Part shown: piece by piece, positions 16,201 to 48,814 of the stretch | Numbering within the stretch: the first letter of the stretch is position 1 | Layout of the letters: the number at the start of each line of letters is the position of its first letter | Assembly (NCBI RefSeq): GCF_009914755.1 | Contig: NC_060931.1 | Length of the DNA: 64,000 bases | Strand: one strand, 5' to 3' | Source: the human T2T-CHM13v2.0 reference genome, Homo sapiens | Made by a program: the position numbers and the translations under genes | Notes under the pieces: generated by a model | Seen by the model: only the letters and a program-made list of their open reading frames with translations | Told to the model about the DNA's origin: nothing | Database searches by the model: none

Positions 16201-19200
16201 CTAGTTTTTATGTGAAGATATTTCCTTTTCCACCATAGGACTCATAGCGCTCCATATATCCACTTGAAGATTCTGCAAAAATAGTGTTTCAAAACTGCTC
16301 TATCAATCAAAAGGAAGGTTCAACATTGTGAGTTGAGTGCACATATCACTAAGAAGTTCCCGAGAATACTTCTGTCTAGTTTTTATATGTAGATATTTCC
16401 TTTTCCACCATAGGCCTCCAAGTGATCCAAATATCCACTTGCATTTTCTACAGAAAGAGAGTTTCAAAACTGCTCTATAAAAGAATGGTTCAACTCTGTG
16501 AGTTGAATGCACACATCACAAAGATGCTTGTGAGAATGCTTCTGTCTAGTTTTTATGTGAAGTTATTTCCTTTTCCACTGTGTTCCTCAAACCACTCGAA
16601 ATATCCACCTGCAGATTCTACAAAAAGAGAGTTTCAAAACTGCTCTGTCAGAGAATGGTTCAACTCTGTGAGTTGAATGCACACATCACAAAGCAGTTTC
16701 TCAGAATTTTTCTGTCTAGTTTTTATGTGAAGATATTTCCTTTTCCACCATAGGCCTCAAAGCACTCCAAATATCCAATTGCTGATTCTACAAAATGAGA
16801 GTTTCAAAACTGCTCTATCAAAAGGAAAGTTAAACTCTGTGAGTTGAAGGCACACGTGGCAAAGAAGTTTCTGAGAATGCTTCTGTCTAGTTTTTATGTG
16901 AAGGTATTTCCTTTTCCACCATAGGCCTCAAAGGGCTCCTAATATCCACTTGTAGATTTATAAAAAGAGTGTTTCAAAACTGCTCCATCAAAAGAAAGGT
17001 TCAACTCTGTGAGATGAATGCACACGTCTCTAAGTAGTTTCCGAGAATGCTTCTGTCTAGTTTTTATGTGAAGATATTTCCTTTTCCACCGTAGCCCTCA
17101 AAGCACTCCAAATATAAACTTGGAGATTCTACAAAAAGAGAGATTCAAAAATGCCCTATCAAAAGAATGTTTCAACTTTGTGAGTTGAATGCACACTTTA
17201 CAAACATGTCTCTGAGAGTGCTTCTGTCTAGATTTCATGTCAAGATATTTCCTTTTCCACCATAGGCCCCAAGGCGCTCCAAATATCCACTTGCAGATTC
17301 TTGAAAAAGAGTGTTTCAAAACTGATATATCAAAAGATTGGTTCAACTCTGTGACTTGAATGCACACATCACAAAGAAGTTTCTGAGAATGCTTTTGTCT
17401 AGTTTTTATGTGAAGATATTTCCATTTCCACCATAGGCCTCAAAGCACTCCAAATATCCCCTTGCAGATTCTGCAAAAAGAGTGTTTTAAAACTGCTCTA
17501 TAAAAAGGAATGTTCAACTCAGTGAGTTGAATGCACCCATTACAAAGAAATTTCTAAGAATGCTTCTGTCTAGTTTTTATGTGAAGATATTTCCTTTTCC
17601 ACCATAGGCCTGAAGGCTCTCCAAATATTGTACTGCAAATTCTACAAAAAGAATGTTTCAAAACTGCTCTATCATCAAAAGAAAAGTTCAACTCTGTGAG
17701 TTGAGTGCACACATCCAAAGAAGTTTCTGAGAATGCTTCTGTCTAGTTCTTAGGTGAAGATATTTCCTTGTCCACCATTAGCCTCAAAGCTCTCCAAAAA
17801 CGCACTTGCAGATTCTACAAAAAGAGTGTTAGAAAACTGCTCTATCAAAAGAAAGATTTAACTCCGTGAGTTGAATGCACACATCACAAAGAAGTTTCTG
17901 AGAATGCTTCTGTCTAGATTTTATGTGAAGTTATTTCCTTTTCCAACATAGCTGTCAAGGCGCTCCAAATATCCACTTGCAGATCCTACAAAAAGAATGT
18001 TTCAAAACTGCTCTATCAAAAGAAATGTTCAACACTGTGAATTGAATGCACGCATCACATAGAAGTTTCTGAGAATGCCTCTGTCTAGTTTTTATGTGAA
18101 GATATTTCCTTTTACACCATAGGCCTCAAAGTGCTCCAAATATCCTCTTGCAGATTCTACAAAAAGAGAGTTTCCAAACTACTCTATCAAAAGAATGGTT
18201 CAACTCTGTGAGTTGAATGCGCACATCACAAAGACGTTTCTGAGAATTCTTCTACCTAATTATTACGTCAAGATATTTCCTTTTCCACCTTTGGCCTCAA
18301 AGCGCACCACGTATCCACTTACAGATTCCACAATAAGTGTGTTTCAGAACTGCTCTATCAAAAGATCGTTCAACTCTGTGAGTTGAATGCACACATCACA
18401 AAGAAGTTTCTGAGAATTCTTGTGTCTAGTTTTTATGTGAAGATATTTCCTTTTCCACCATAGGCCTCAAAGTGCTCCAAATATCCACTTGCATGTTCTA
18501 CAAAATGAGTGTTTCAATACTGCTCTCTCAAAACAAATGTCGAACTCTGTGAGTTGAATGCACACATCACAAAGAAGTTTTTGAGAATGCTTCTGTCTAA
18601 TTTTTATGTGAAGATATTTCCTTTTCCACTATATTCCTCAAAGCGCTCGAAATATCAACTTGCACATTCTACAAAAAGAGAGTTTCAAAACTGCTCCATC
18701 AAAAGAATGGTTCAACTCTGTGAGTTGAATGCACACATCACAAAGAAGTTTGTGAGAATGTTTCTGTCTAGCTTTTATGTGAATATATTTCCTTTTCCAC
18801 CATAGGCCACACACAGCTGCAAATATCCACTTGCAGTTTCTACAAATAGAGTTTCAAAGCTGCTCTATCCAAAGAATTCTTCAACTCTGTGAGTGGAATA
18901 CAAATATCACAAAGAAGTTTCGAAGAATGCTTCTCTCCAGTTTTTATATGAAGATATTTCCTTTTTCACGACCGGCTTCAAAGTGCTTCAAATATCCACT
19001 TGCAGATTCTACAAAAAGAGTTTCAAAACTGCTCTATGGAGAGAAAATTTCAACTCTGTGAGTTGCAAGCACACATCATAAAGAAGTTTCTGAGAATGTT
19101 TCTGTCTAGTTTTTATATGAAGATGTTTCCTTTTAAACCATTGACCTCAAATCGCTCCAACTACAAACTTGCAGGTCCAACAAAAAGAGTGTTTCAAAAC

Positions 19201-22200
19201 TGCTCTACCAAAAGAAAGGTTCAGCTCTGTGAGTGGAAAGAACAAATTACAAAGTAGTTTCTGAAAACGTTTCTGTCTAGTTTTTATGTGAAGATATTTC
19301 CCTTTCCACCATAGGCCTCCAAGCGCTCCAACTATCCACTTTCAGATTGCACATAAAGTGGGTTTCAAAACTGCTCTATCAAAAGAAAGTTTCACTCTGG
19401 GAGCTGAAAGGACACATTACAAAGAATTCTCTGAGAATACTTCTATCTAGTTTTTCTGTGAAGATATTTCCTTTTCCAACATAGGCCTCAAAGTGCTCCA
19501 AATATCCCCTTATAGATTGTACAAAAGAAGTGTTTCAAAACTGATCTATCAAAAGAAAGGTTCAAACCTGTGAGTTCAGTGCACACATCATAAGAAGTTT
19601 CTGAGCATGCTTCTGTACAATTTTTCTGTGAAGATATTTCCTTTTCCACCATAGGCCTCAAAGGGCCCAAATATCCACTTGCAGATTCTACACAAAGAGA
19701 GTTTCAATACTGCTCTATCAAAAGAAATTTCAACTCTGTGAGTTGAATGCACACATCACAAAGAAGTTTCTGAGAATGCTTCTCTCTAATTTTTATGGGA
19801 AGACATTTACTCTTCTACCATTGGCCTAAAAGGGATCCAAATATACACTCACAGATTCTACAGAAAGATTGTTTCAAAACAACTCTATCAAAAGAAAATT
19901 CAATTCTGTCAGTTGAATGCACACATCACAGAGAAGTTTCTGAGAATGCTACTGTCTAGTTTGTATGTCAACATATTTCCTTTGCCACTATAGGCCTTAA
20001 AGCTCCCAAAATATCAAATTGCATTTTCCACAATAAGATAGTTCAAAACTGCTCTATCAAAAGGACGGTTCAACTCTGTGAGTTGAGGGCACCCACCACA
20101 AAGAAGTTTCAGAGAATGCTTCTCCCTAATTTTTATATGAAGTTATTTCCTTTTCCAACATAGGTGTCAAGGCGTTCCTAATATCCACTTGCAGGTCCTA
20201 CAAAAAGAATGTTTCAAAACTGATCTTTCAAAAGAAAGGTTCAACTCTGTGAGTTGAATGCACACTTCACAAAGAAGTTTCTGAGAATGCTTCTGTCTAG
20301 TTTTTATGTGAAGACATTTCCTTTTCAACCATAGGTCTCAAAGCGCAAAAATATCCACTTTCAGATTCTACAAAAAGAGTGTTTCAAAACTCCTCTACCA
20401 AAAGAAAGGTTCAACTCTATGAGGTGAATGCACACATCACAAAGAAGTTTCTTGGAATGCTTCTGTCTATTTTTTATGTGAAGACATTTCCTTTTCCACT
20501 ACAGGCGTCAAAGAGCTACAAATATCCACTTTCAGATTCTACAGAAAGAGTGTTTCAAAACTGCTCATTCAAAAGAAAGTTTCAACTCAGTGAACTGAAT
20601 GCACGCATCACAAAAAAGTTTCTGAGAATGCTTCTGTCCAGTTTTTATGGGAAGATATTTCCTTTTCCACCACAGGCGTCAAAGTGCTCCAACTATCCAC
20701 TTCCAGATACTAGAAAAAGAGTATTTCAAAACTGCTCTGGCAAAAGAAAGTTTCAACTCAGTGAGATGAATGCACACATCACAAGGAAGTTTCTGAGAAG
20801 GCTTCTGTCTAGTTTTTATGTGAAGATATTTCCCTTTGCACCATAGGCCTCTAAGTGCTCCAAATATCCATTTGCAGATTCTACAAAAAGAGAGTTAGAA
20901 AGCTGCTCTATCAGAAGAAAGGTTCAACTCTGTGAGTTGAATGCACACATCACAAAGCAGTTTATGAGAATACTTCTGTCTACTTTTCATGTAGAGCTGC
21001 TTCCTTTTCCAATGTAGGCCTCAAAGTGCTCCAACTATCCACTTGCAGATTGTACAAAAAGAGAGTTTCAAAACTACTCTATCAAAAGAAAGGTTCAACT
21101 CAGTGATTTGAATGCACACATCACAAAGTAGTTTCTGAGAATACTTCTGTCTAGTTTTTATGTGAAGATATTTCCTTTTCCATGACAGGCTGCAAACTGC
21201 TTCAAATATCCACTTACAGATTCTCCAAAAAGAGTGTTTCAAAACTGCTCAATCAAAAGAAAGGCTCGACTTGGCCAGTTGAATGCACACATCACAAAGA
21301 AGTGTCTTAGAATGCTTCTGCTAGTTTTTATGTGACGATATTTCCTTTTCCACCATAGGCCCCAATGGTCTCCAAATATCCACTTGCAGATTCTGCAAAA
21401 AGAGTGTTTCAAAACTGCTCTATCAAAAGAAAGGTTCAACACTGTGAGTTGAATGCACACATCACAAAGAAGTTTCTGAAAATGCTTCTGTCTAGTTTTT
21501 ATGTGAAGATATTTACTTTTCCACCATAGGCCTCAAAGCACTGCAACTATCCACTTGCAGATTCTACAAAAAGAGTGTTTCAAAACTGTTCTGTCAAAGG
21601 AAACGTTCAACTCTTTGAGTTGAGTGCACACATCATAAAAAAGTTTCTGAGAATGCTTCTCTCCAATTTTTATGTGAAGCTATTTCCATTTCCACCATAG
21701 GCCTCAAAGAGCTCCAAATATCCACTTGCAGATTCTACAAAAAGAGTTTTTCAAAACTGCTCTATGAAAAGAAAGATTCAACTCTGTGAGTTGAATGCAC
21801 ACATCAGAAAGAAGTTTCTGAGACTGCTTCAAATCTGTGTGTTGAATGCACACGTCTCAAAGAAGTATCTGAGAATGCTTCTGTCTAGTTTTTCTGTGAA
21901 GATATTTCCTTTTCCAACATAGGCCTCAAAGCGCCCCAAATATCCACTTGCAGACTCTGCCACAAGAGAGTTTCAAAACTGCTTCATCAAAACAAAGGTT
22001 CAACTCAGTGAGCTGAATGCACACATCACAAAGAAGTTTCTGAGAATGCTTCTGTCTAATTTTTATGTGAAGATATTACCTTTTCACCATAGGCCTCCAA
22101 GCGCTCCAAATATCCACTTCGAGATCTTACAAAAAGAATGTTTCAAAACTTATCTATGAAAAGAAAGGTTCAACTCTGTGAGTTGAATGCACACATCAGA

Positions 22201-25200
22201 GAGAACTTTCTGAGAATGCTTCTGTCTACTTTTTTGTACACATATTTCGTTTTCCAACATAGGCCTCAAAGGGCTGAAAATATCAACTTGCAAGTTCTAT
22301 AAAAAAAACTGTTTCAAAACTGCTCTATGAAAAGAAATGTTCAACAATGTGAGTTGAATGCACACCTCACAAAGAAGTTTGTGAGAATGCTTCTGTCTAG
22401 TTTTTATGTGAAGATATTTCCTTTTCCACCATAGGCCTCACAGCGCTTCAAATATTCACTTGCAGATTCCACTAAAAGTGTGTTTCAAAACTGCTCGATC
22501 AAAAGAAAAGTTCAACTCTGTGTGTTGAGTGCACACATCACAAAGAAGTTTCTGAGAATGCTTCTGTCTAGTTTTTATGTGAAGATATTTCCTTTTCCAC
22601 CATAGGCTTCAAAGTGCTCCAAATATCCACTTACAGATTCTACAAAAAGTGTGTTTCAAAACTGCTCTATCAAAAGAAAGATTTAACAATGTGAGTTGAA
22701 TGCACACATCACCAAGGAATTTCTGAGAATGCTTCAGTCTAGTTTTTATGTGAAGAAATGTCCCTTTCCACCACATGCCTCAAAGCACTCCAAATATCCA
22801 CTTGCTGATTCCACAAAAAGATTTTTTCAAAACTGCTAAATCAAAAGAAAGGCTCAACTCTGTCAATTGAATGCACACATCACAAAGTAGTTTCTGAGAA
22901 TGCCTCTTTCTAGTATTTAAGGCAAGATATTTCCTTTTCCACCATAGGCCTCAAAACCTTCCAAATATCCACTTGCAGTTTCTACAAAAAGAGTGTTTTA
23001 AAACTGCTCTATCAAAAGAAACGTTGAGCTCTGTGAGTTGAAAGCACACATCACATAGATGTTTGTGAGAATGCTTCTGTCTAGTCTTTACGTGAAGATA
23101 TTTCCTTTTTCACCATAGGCCCCAAAGCGCTCTAAATATCCACTTGCACATTGTACAAGAAGAGTGTTTAAAAGCTGCTCTACCAAAATAAAAGTTCAAC
23201 TCTGTGAGTTGAATGCACACATCACAAAGTAGTTTCTGAGAAAGCTTCTGACTAGTTTTTACATGAAGATATTTCCTTTTCCACGAATGGCTTCAAAATG
23301 CTCCAAATATCCACTTGCAGATACTACAAAAGGAGTCTTTCAAAACTGCTCAATCAAAGGAAAGGTTCATCTCTATGAGTTGAATGCACACATCAGCAAG
23401 AAGCTTCTGAGAATGCTTCTGTCTAGTTTTTATGTGAAGATATTTCCTTTTCCTCCATAGGCCACAAAGCATTCCAAATATCCACTGGCAGATTCTACAA
23501 ACGGACTTTTAGAAATGTTCTCAATCAATGGAAAGGTTCAAGTCTGTGAGCTGAATGCACACATCGCAAAGTAGTTTCTGAGAATTCTTCTGTCTAGTTT
23601 TTATTGTGAAGATATTTCCTTTTCCACCATAGACTTCAAAACGCTCCAAATATCTACTTGCAGATTTTACAAAAAGAGTGTTTCAAAACTGCTCTATCAA
23701 ATGAAAGGTTCAACTCTCCGAATTGAATGCACACATCACAAAGAAGCTCCTGAGAATGCTTCTGTCTTGTTTTTATGTGATGATATTTCCTTTTTCATCA
23801 TATGCCTCAAAGTGCTCCAAATATCCACTTGCAAATTCTACAAAAAGAGTACTTCACAACTACTCAATCAAAAGAAAACTTCAACTCTGTGAGTTGAATG
23901 CACACCTAACAAAGAAGTTTCTGAGAATGCTTCTGTCTAGTTTTTATGTGAAGATATTTCCTTTTCCACCATAGGCCTCAAAGAACTCCAAAATCCACTG
24001 CAGATTCCACAAAAAGAGTGTCTAAAAACTGCTCTATCAAAAGAAAGCTTCAACTCTGTAAATTGAATGCACACATCACAAAGAAGTTTCTGAGAATGCT
24101 TCTGTCTAGTTTTTATGTGAAGATATTTCCTTTTCCACAATTGGCCTAAATGCACTCCAAATATCCACTTGCAGATTCCACAAAAAGAGTTTTTCAAAAT
24201 TCGTCATTCCAAAGAAAAGTTCAACTCTGTGAGTTGAATGCACACATCACAAAGAAGCTTCTGAGAATGCTTCTGTCTAGTTTTTATTTGAAGATATTTC
24301 CTTTTCCACTATAGGGCTCAAAGTGCTCCAAATATCCTCTTGCAGATTCTACAAAAACAGTGTTTCAAACTGCTCAACGAAAGGAAAGGTTCAACTCTGT
24401 GAGTTGAATGCACACATCACAAAGAGGTTTCTCAGAATGCTTCTGTCTAGTTTTTACGTGATGATATTTCCTTTTCCACAATAGGCCTCAAAGCACTCCA
24501 AATATCCACTTGCAGATTGTACAAAAAGAATGTTTCAAAACTGCTCAATCAAAAGAAAAGTTCAACTCTGTGAATTGAATGCACACATCACAAAGAAATT
24601 TCTCAGAAAGCATCTGTGTAGTTTTTATGGAAAAATATTTCCTTTTCCACCATTGGCCACAAAGGGCTCTAAATATCCACTTGCAGATTCTATGAAAAGG
24701 GATTTTGAAAACTGCCCTATCAAAAGATAGATTCAACACTGCGAGTTTAATGCTCACCTCAGAAAATGTTTCTCAGAATGCCTCTATGTAGTTTTCATGG
24801 GAAGAAATTTTTTTTTCCCACCATCTGCCACAAGAGAGTTTGGAAACTCCTCTATCAAAGGACAGGTTCAACTCTGCGAGTTGAATGCAAGCATCATAAA
24901 GCAGTTTCTCAGAATGCTTCTGTGTAGTTTTTATGCAAAGATATTTCCTTTTCCACCATTGGCCTCATAGCGCTACAAATGTCCTCTTGAGGATTCTTCA
25001 AAAAGAGTCTATCAAAACTGCTCTATCAAAAGAAACGTACAACCCTTTGAGATGAATGCACACATCACAAAGCAGTTTCTGAGAATGCTTCTGTGTGGTT
25101 TATATGTGAAGATATTTCCTGTTCCACCAAGGGCAAAAAGCCTTCCAAATATCCAATTACAAATTCTACAAAAAGAGTGTTTCCAAAAAGCTCAATCAAA

Positions 25201-28200
25201 AGAAAAGTTCAACTCTGTGAGATGAATGGGCACATCACAAAGAAGTTTCTCAGAGTGCTTCTGTGTAGTTTTTAAGTGAAAGTATTTCCTTTTCCACAGT
25301 AGGCCTCCAAGTGCTCCAAATATCTGCTTGAAGATTCCACAAAAAGAGTGCTTCAAAACTGCTCCCTCAAATGACAGGTTCAACTCTTCTTTGACATGAA
25401 TTCACACATCACAAAAAGTTTCTCAGAATCCTTCTGTGTAGTTTTTATGAGAGGATATTCACTTTTCCTCCATTGGCCACAAAAGGCTCCAAATGTCCAC
25501 TTGCAGATTCTACAAAAGGGATTTTGAAATCTGCTCTATCAAAAGATAGGTTCACCTATGTGAATTGAATGCACACAACACAAGGAAGTTTCTCAGAATG
25601 CTTCAGTGTAGTTTTTATGTGAAGATATTTTTTTTCCACCATAGGCCTCAAAGCGCTCCATATATCCACTTGCAGATTCTTCAAAAAGAGTGTTTCCAAA
25701 CTGCTCAATCAAAAAAGAGGTTCAACGCTGTGAGATCAATGCACACATCACAAAGAATTTTCTCAGAATGCTTCTGTGAAGTTTTTATATGAAGATATTT
25801 CCTTTTCCACCATAGGCTGCAAAGGGCTCCAAATATCCATGGCAGATTCTACGAAAAGAAAGTTTCAAAACTGCTCTATCAAAAGATAGATTCAACGCTG
25901 TGAGTTGAATGCACAAATTAGAAAGAAGTTTCTCAAAATGCTTCTGTGTAAATTTTGATGTGAAGATATTTCCTTTTCCACCACAGTCCTCAGAGCACTC
26001 CAAATATCCATTAGCAGAGAATACAAATCGACTGTTTCCAAACTGCTAAATCAATAGAAACGTTAAACTCCATGAGTTGAAGGCACACATCACAAAGAAG
26101 TTTCTCAGAATGCTTCCATCTCTTTTTTTTCTGAAGATATTGTCTTTTCCACCATAAGCCTCAGAGTGCTTCATATATCCACTTGCAGATTCTACAAAAG
26201 GAGTGTTTCAAAACTTCTCAATGAAAAGAATGGTTCAACTCTGTGAGATGAATGCACACATCACAGAGAAGTTTCTGAGAATGCTTCTGTCTAGTTTTTA
26301 TGTGAAGATATTTCCTTTTCCACTATTGGCCTCAAAGCGCTTCAAATATCCACTAGCAGATAGTACAAAAGGACTGTTTCTGAACTGCTCAATCAATAGA
26401 AAGGTTCAACTCTCTGAGTTGAAAGCACACATCATAAAGACGTTTCTCGGAATGCTTCTGTCTAGTTTTTTGTGTAGATATGACCTTTGGCACCATAGGC
26501 CACAAAGCGTTCCAAATATCCACTTGCAGATTTGACAAAAAGAGTGTTTCAAAACTTCTCAATCAAAAGAATGGTTCAACTCTGTGAGATGAATGCACAA
26601 ATCACAAAGAAGTTTCTCAGAATGCTTCTGTCTAGTTTTTATGTGAAGATATTTCCTTTTCCACTATAGGCCCCAAAGCGCTCCAAACATCCATTAGCAG
26701 AAAATAGAAAACGACTTTTTCCAAACTGCTCAAACAATAGAAAGCTTCAACTCTGTGAATTGAATGCACACATCTCAAAGAACTTTCTCAGAATGCTTCT
26801 GTCTAGTTTTTATGTGAAGATAATTCCTTTTCCAACATAAGCCTTAGCGAGCTCCAAATATCCACTTGCAGATTCTACAAAAAGAGCGTTTCAAAACTGC
26901 TCTATCAAAAGGAAGTTTCATCTCTGTGAGATGAATGCACACATCACAAAGCAGTTTCTCAGAATGTTTCTGTCTACTTTTTATGTGAAGATATTTCCTT
27001 TTCTACTATAGGCCACAAACCACTCCAAATCTCCATTAGCAGATAATACAAAAAGACAGTTTCCAAACGGCTCAATCTATAGAAAAGCTCAATTCTGTGA
27101 GTTGAATGCACACATCACAAAGAAGTTTCTCAGAATGTTTCTGTCTAGTTTTTATGTAAAGATATTTCCTTTTCTACCATAGGTGTCAGAACGCTCAAAA
27201 TATCCACTTGCAGATTCTACAAAAATAGTGCTTCAAAACTACTCAATCAAAAGAAAGGTTCATCTCTGTGAGATGAATGCACACATCCCAAAAAAGTTTC
27301 TCAGAATGCTACTGTCTAGTTTTTATGTGAAGATATTTCCTTTTCCATGAAAGGGCGCTAAGTGCTCCAAATATCCACTTGCAGATTCTACAAAAAGAGT
27401 GTTTCAAAACTGCTCAATAAAAAGAAAGTTTCAACTCTGTGAGATGAATGCACACATCATAAAGAAATTTCTCAGAATGCTTATGTCTAGTTTTTATGGG
27501 AAGATATTTCCTTTTCCACTCTAGGCTGCAAACCACTCCAAATATCCACTTGCAGATGCTACAAAAAGAGTGTTTCAAAACTGCTCAATCAAAAGAAAGG
27601 TTCAACACTCTGAGATGAATGCACACATCACTAGAAAGTTTCTCAGAATGCTTCTGTCTAGTTTTTATATCATGATATTTCCTTTTCCACTATAGGCCTC
27701 ACTGTGCTCCACATATGCATTAACAGATAGTACAAAAAGACTGTTTCCAAACTGCTCAATCAATAGACAGTTTCAACTCTGTGAGATGAATGCACCCATC
27801 ACAAAGTAGTTTCTCAGAATGCTTCTGTCTAGTTTTTATGTGAAGATATTTCCTTTTCCACCATAGGCCTCAGAGAGTTCCAAATATCCAACTGCAGATC
27901 CTACAAAAAGAGTGTTTCAAAGCTGCTCAATCAAAAGTTACGTCCAACTCTGTGAGATGAATGCACACATCAGAAAGAAGTTTCTCAGAATGCTTCTGTC
28001 TAGTTTTTATGTGAAGATATTTCCTTTTCCACTATAGGCGGCCATGTGCTCCAATTATCCACTTGCAGATTCTACAAAAAGAGTGTTTCAAACTGCTGAA
28101 TCAAAAGAAAGTTTCAACTCTGTGAGATGAATGCACACATCAAAAAGAAGTTTCTCAGCATGCTTCTGTCTAGTTTTCAAGTGAAGATATTTCCTTTTCT

Positions 28201-29543
28201 GCTATAGGCATCAAACTACTCCGAATATCCATCAGCAAATATTACAAAAGACTGTTTCCCAACTACTCAATAATTAGAAAGTTTCAACTCTGTGAGTTGA
28301 ATGCACATATCACAAAGAGGTTTCTGATAATGCTTCTGTCTGGTTTTTATGTAAAGACATTTTTCTTTTCCACCATACTCCTCAGAGCACTCAAATTATC
28401 CACTTGCAGATTCCACAAAAAGAGTGTTTCAAAACTGCTCAAACAAAAGAAAGTTTCAACTCCGTGAGATGAATGCACACATCACAAAGAAGTTTCTCAG
28501 AATGCTTCTGTCTAGTTTTATGTGAAGATATTTTGGTTGCCACTAAAGGCCATAAAGCGCTCCAAATATCCACTTCCAGATTCTACAAAAAGAGTGTTTC
28601 AACACAGCTCAATCAAAAGAAAGGTTAAACTCTGTCAGATGAAGGCACACATCACAAAGAAGTTTCTCAGAATGCTTCTGTCTAGTTTTTATGTGAAGAT
28701 ATTTCGCTTTCCACCATAGGCGTCAGAGCACTCAAAATATCCACTTGCAGATTTTACAAAAAGAATGTTTCAAAACTGCTCAATCAAAAGAAAGTTTCAA
28801 CTCTGTGAGATGAATGCACACACCAGAAATAAGTTTCTCATAATGCTTCTGTCTAGTTTTTATGTGGAGATATTTCCTTTTCCACTATAGGCCTCAAAGC
28901 GCTCCAAATATCCATTAACAGATAATACAAAAAGACTGTTTCCAAACTGCTCATTTAATGGAAAAGTTCAACTCTGTGATCTGATTGCACACATCACAAG
29001 GTAGTTTCTCAGAATGCTTCTCTCTAGTTTTTTTGTGAAGATATTTCAGTTGCTACTATAGGCCACAAAGTGCTCCAAATATCCACTTGCAGATTCTACA
29101 AAAAGAGTGTTTCAAAACTGCTCAATCAAAAGAAAGGTTCAACTCTGTGAGACGAATGCACATATCACAAAGAAGTTTCTGAGAATGCTTCTTTCTACTT
29201 TTTATGTGAAGATATTTCCTTTTCCAATGTAGGCCACAAAGCACTCCAAATATCCACTTGCAGATTCTACAAAAAGAGTGTTTCAAAACTGCTCAATCAA
29301 AAGAAAGGTTCAACTCTGTGAGATGAATGCACACATCACAAAGAAGTTTCTCAGATGTCTTCTGTCTAGTTTTTATGGGAAGGTATTTCGTTTTCCACTA
29401 CAGGCCTCAAAGCACTCCAAATATCTATTAGCAGATAATTAAAAAGACTGTTTCCAAACTGCTCAATCAATAGAAAATTTCAGCTCTGTGAGTTGAATGC
29501 ACACTTCACGAAGTAGTTTCTCAGAATACTTCTGTCTAGTTTT
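13235..29543 (-). repeat. Alpha satellite, monomeric, reverse orientation, 171 bp; monomer type changes across ~24-26 kb
   Basis: Continuous alphoid units. ctatcaaaag/gagttgaatg/ttctgagaatg gives way to ctcaatcaaaag/gagatgaatg/ttctcagaatg. Confidence 0.99.
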
Positions 29544-29578
29544 ATTTTATTTATTTTTTAAGCATTGATTTACACACC

Positions 29579-29584
29579 TTTATT
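29579..29584 (-). promoter_or_regulatory. Polyadenylation signal AATAAA used by the transduced read-through transcript
   Basis: AATAAA on the minus strand, ~20 nt upstream of the A-tail that abuts the TSD. Confidence 0.75.
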
Positions 29585-30264
29585 ATGAGTGAAGTCAAGA
29601 TGAGACTCAGGCAGACTGATCCCATGGAACTGATTTCCTGGCAGCAAAATTTTCCCTGTATCAGCAGCTCATTTTTGCTTTTTTCCTTTATTCTTTTTTT
29701 ATTTGAGATGATTTCAAGTGAGATAAAGTTCTGAGATCTAATTTTTCTTAAGGTTAAATGTTCAGTTTAAGATTAAATTTTAAGTGAAAAATTCTGAAAC
29801 CTGTTACTTTCCCCTGCAAATCTATTTTTCAGAAGACCTAATTATTGAAGTCTCAGTCATAGCAGAGATAACATAGAATAATCTGATGGATAGTCATCTT
29901 CATAGCAAAAAATTGGTACTTATTCTTAAGTAATGTTGAAAGGTTCATTTATAATAACATTTTTGTTTTTTGAGATTATTTTTTCATCTACTAATTTGTA
30001 TGACTCTGTTAAAATAAGTTTGTCTTAGAATCAAAAGCAAAAATGTAAAAGTAATATATACATATACACAAGGTAAGGAATACATTTTAAAATAATTTTC
30101 ATACATGATATGTTAATGTCAAACTTCACAGATGACACTCATTAATGAAATTTCAGAAAAATAGAACACGCTAGACAATAAATCAGAGAAAATATATTTG
30201 CCTTATTTCCATTTCGGAATAATCTGAATAATACAATACTCAAAATGACTTTTTTCCCCCCACA

Positions 30265-30615
30265 GTTTAGGAATGCTTTTCTGTGAAGAATGTCATTGGG
30301 ATTTTGATAGGGATTTTATTGTATCTGCAGATTGCTTAGATAGTATATACATTTTAACAATACTAATTCTTCTAATCCATGAGCACAGGATATCTTTACA
30401 TTTACTAATATTTTCTTCCATTTCCTTTACCAATGTTCCATAGTTTTCATTATAGAGATACTTCATTTCTTTGGCTAAATTTATTTCAGGGTATTTTATT
30501 TTATTGTAGCTATAGTAAATGTGATTTCTTTTTCATATATTTTGTTGCTGTATATTGAAATACAACTGATTTTTCTATGATTTTGTATTCTGCAACCATG
30601 CTGAATTTGTTCATT
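30265..30615 (-). mobile_element. Old, degraded L1M-type ORF2 fragment inside the transduced DNA
   Basis: ttctgtgaagaatgtcattgggattttgatagggatt...ttcttctaatccatgagcacaggata...ttttgtattctgcaacc resembles antisense ORF2 of ancient mammalian L1s. It is far more diverged than the L1PA copies in this window. Confidence 0.8.
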
Positions 30616-30662
30616 ATTTTTCTTTCTTTTTTCATTTTATTTTATTATTATTATACTTTAAG

Positions 30663-48814
<18,152 letters not shown>

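Larger units (their letters stand above)
29544..30662 (-). mobile_element. L1-mediated 3' transduction: ~20 nt of L1 3' end, old A-tail, ~1.05 kb of transduced flank and a second A-tail
   Basis: TSD ttctgtctagtttt at 29530-29543 and 30663-30676. T-rich tail at 29544-29559. tttatt (minus-strand AATAAA) at 29579-29584. Internal T-rich tract at ~30616-30650, followed by ttattatactttaagtt (antisense L1PA terminus). Confidence 0.88.

Noticed and set aside
29560-30264. Processed pseudogene
   Set aside because: No ORF or recognisable gene. The upstream L1 terminus and internal A-tail favour a 3' transduction.
30244-30265. Splice-acceptor-like tract (tttttcccccccacag-like) in the transduced DNA
   Set aside because: It is on the strand opposite to the transduced transcript and is followed by L1M sequence with no evident exon. 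It cannot be supported without the source locus.
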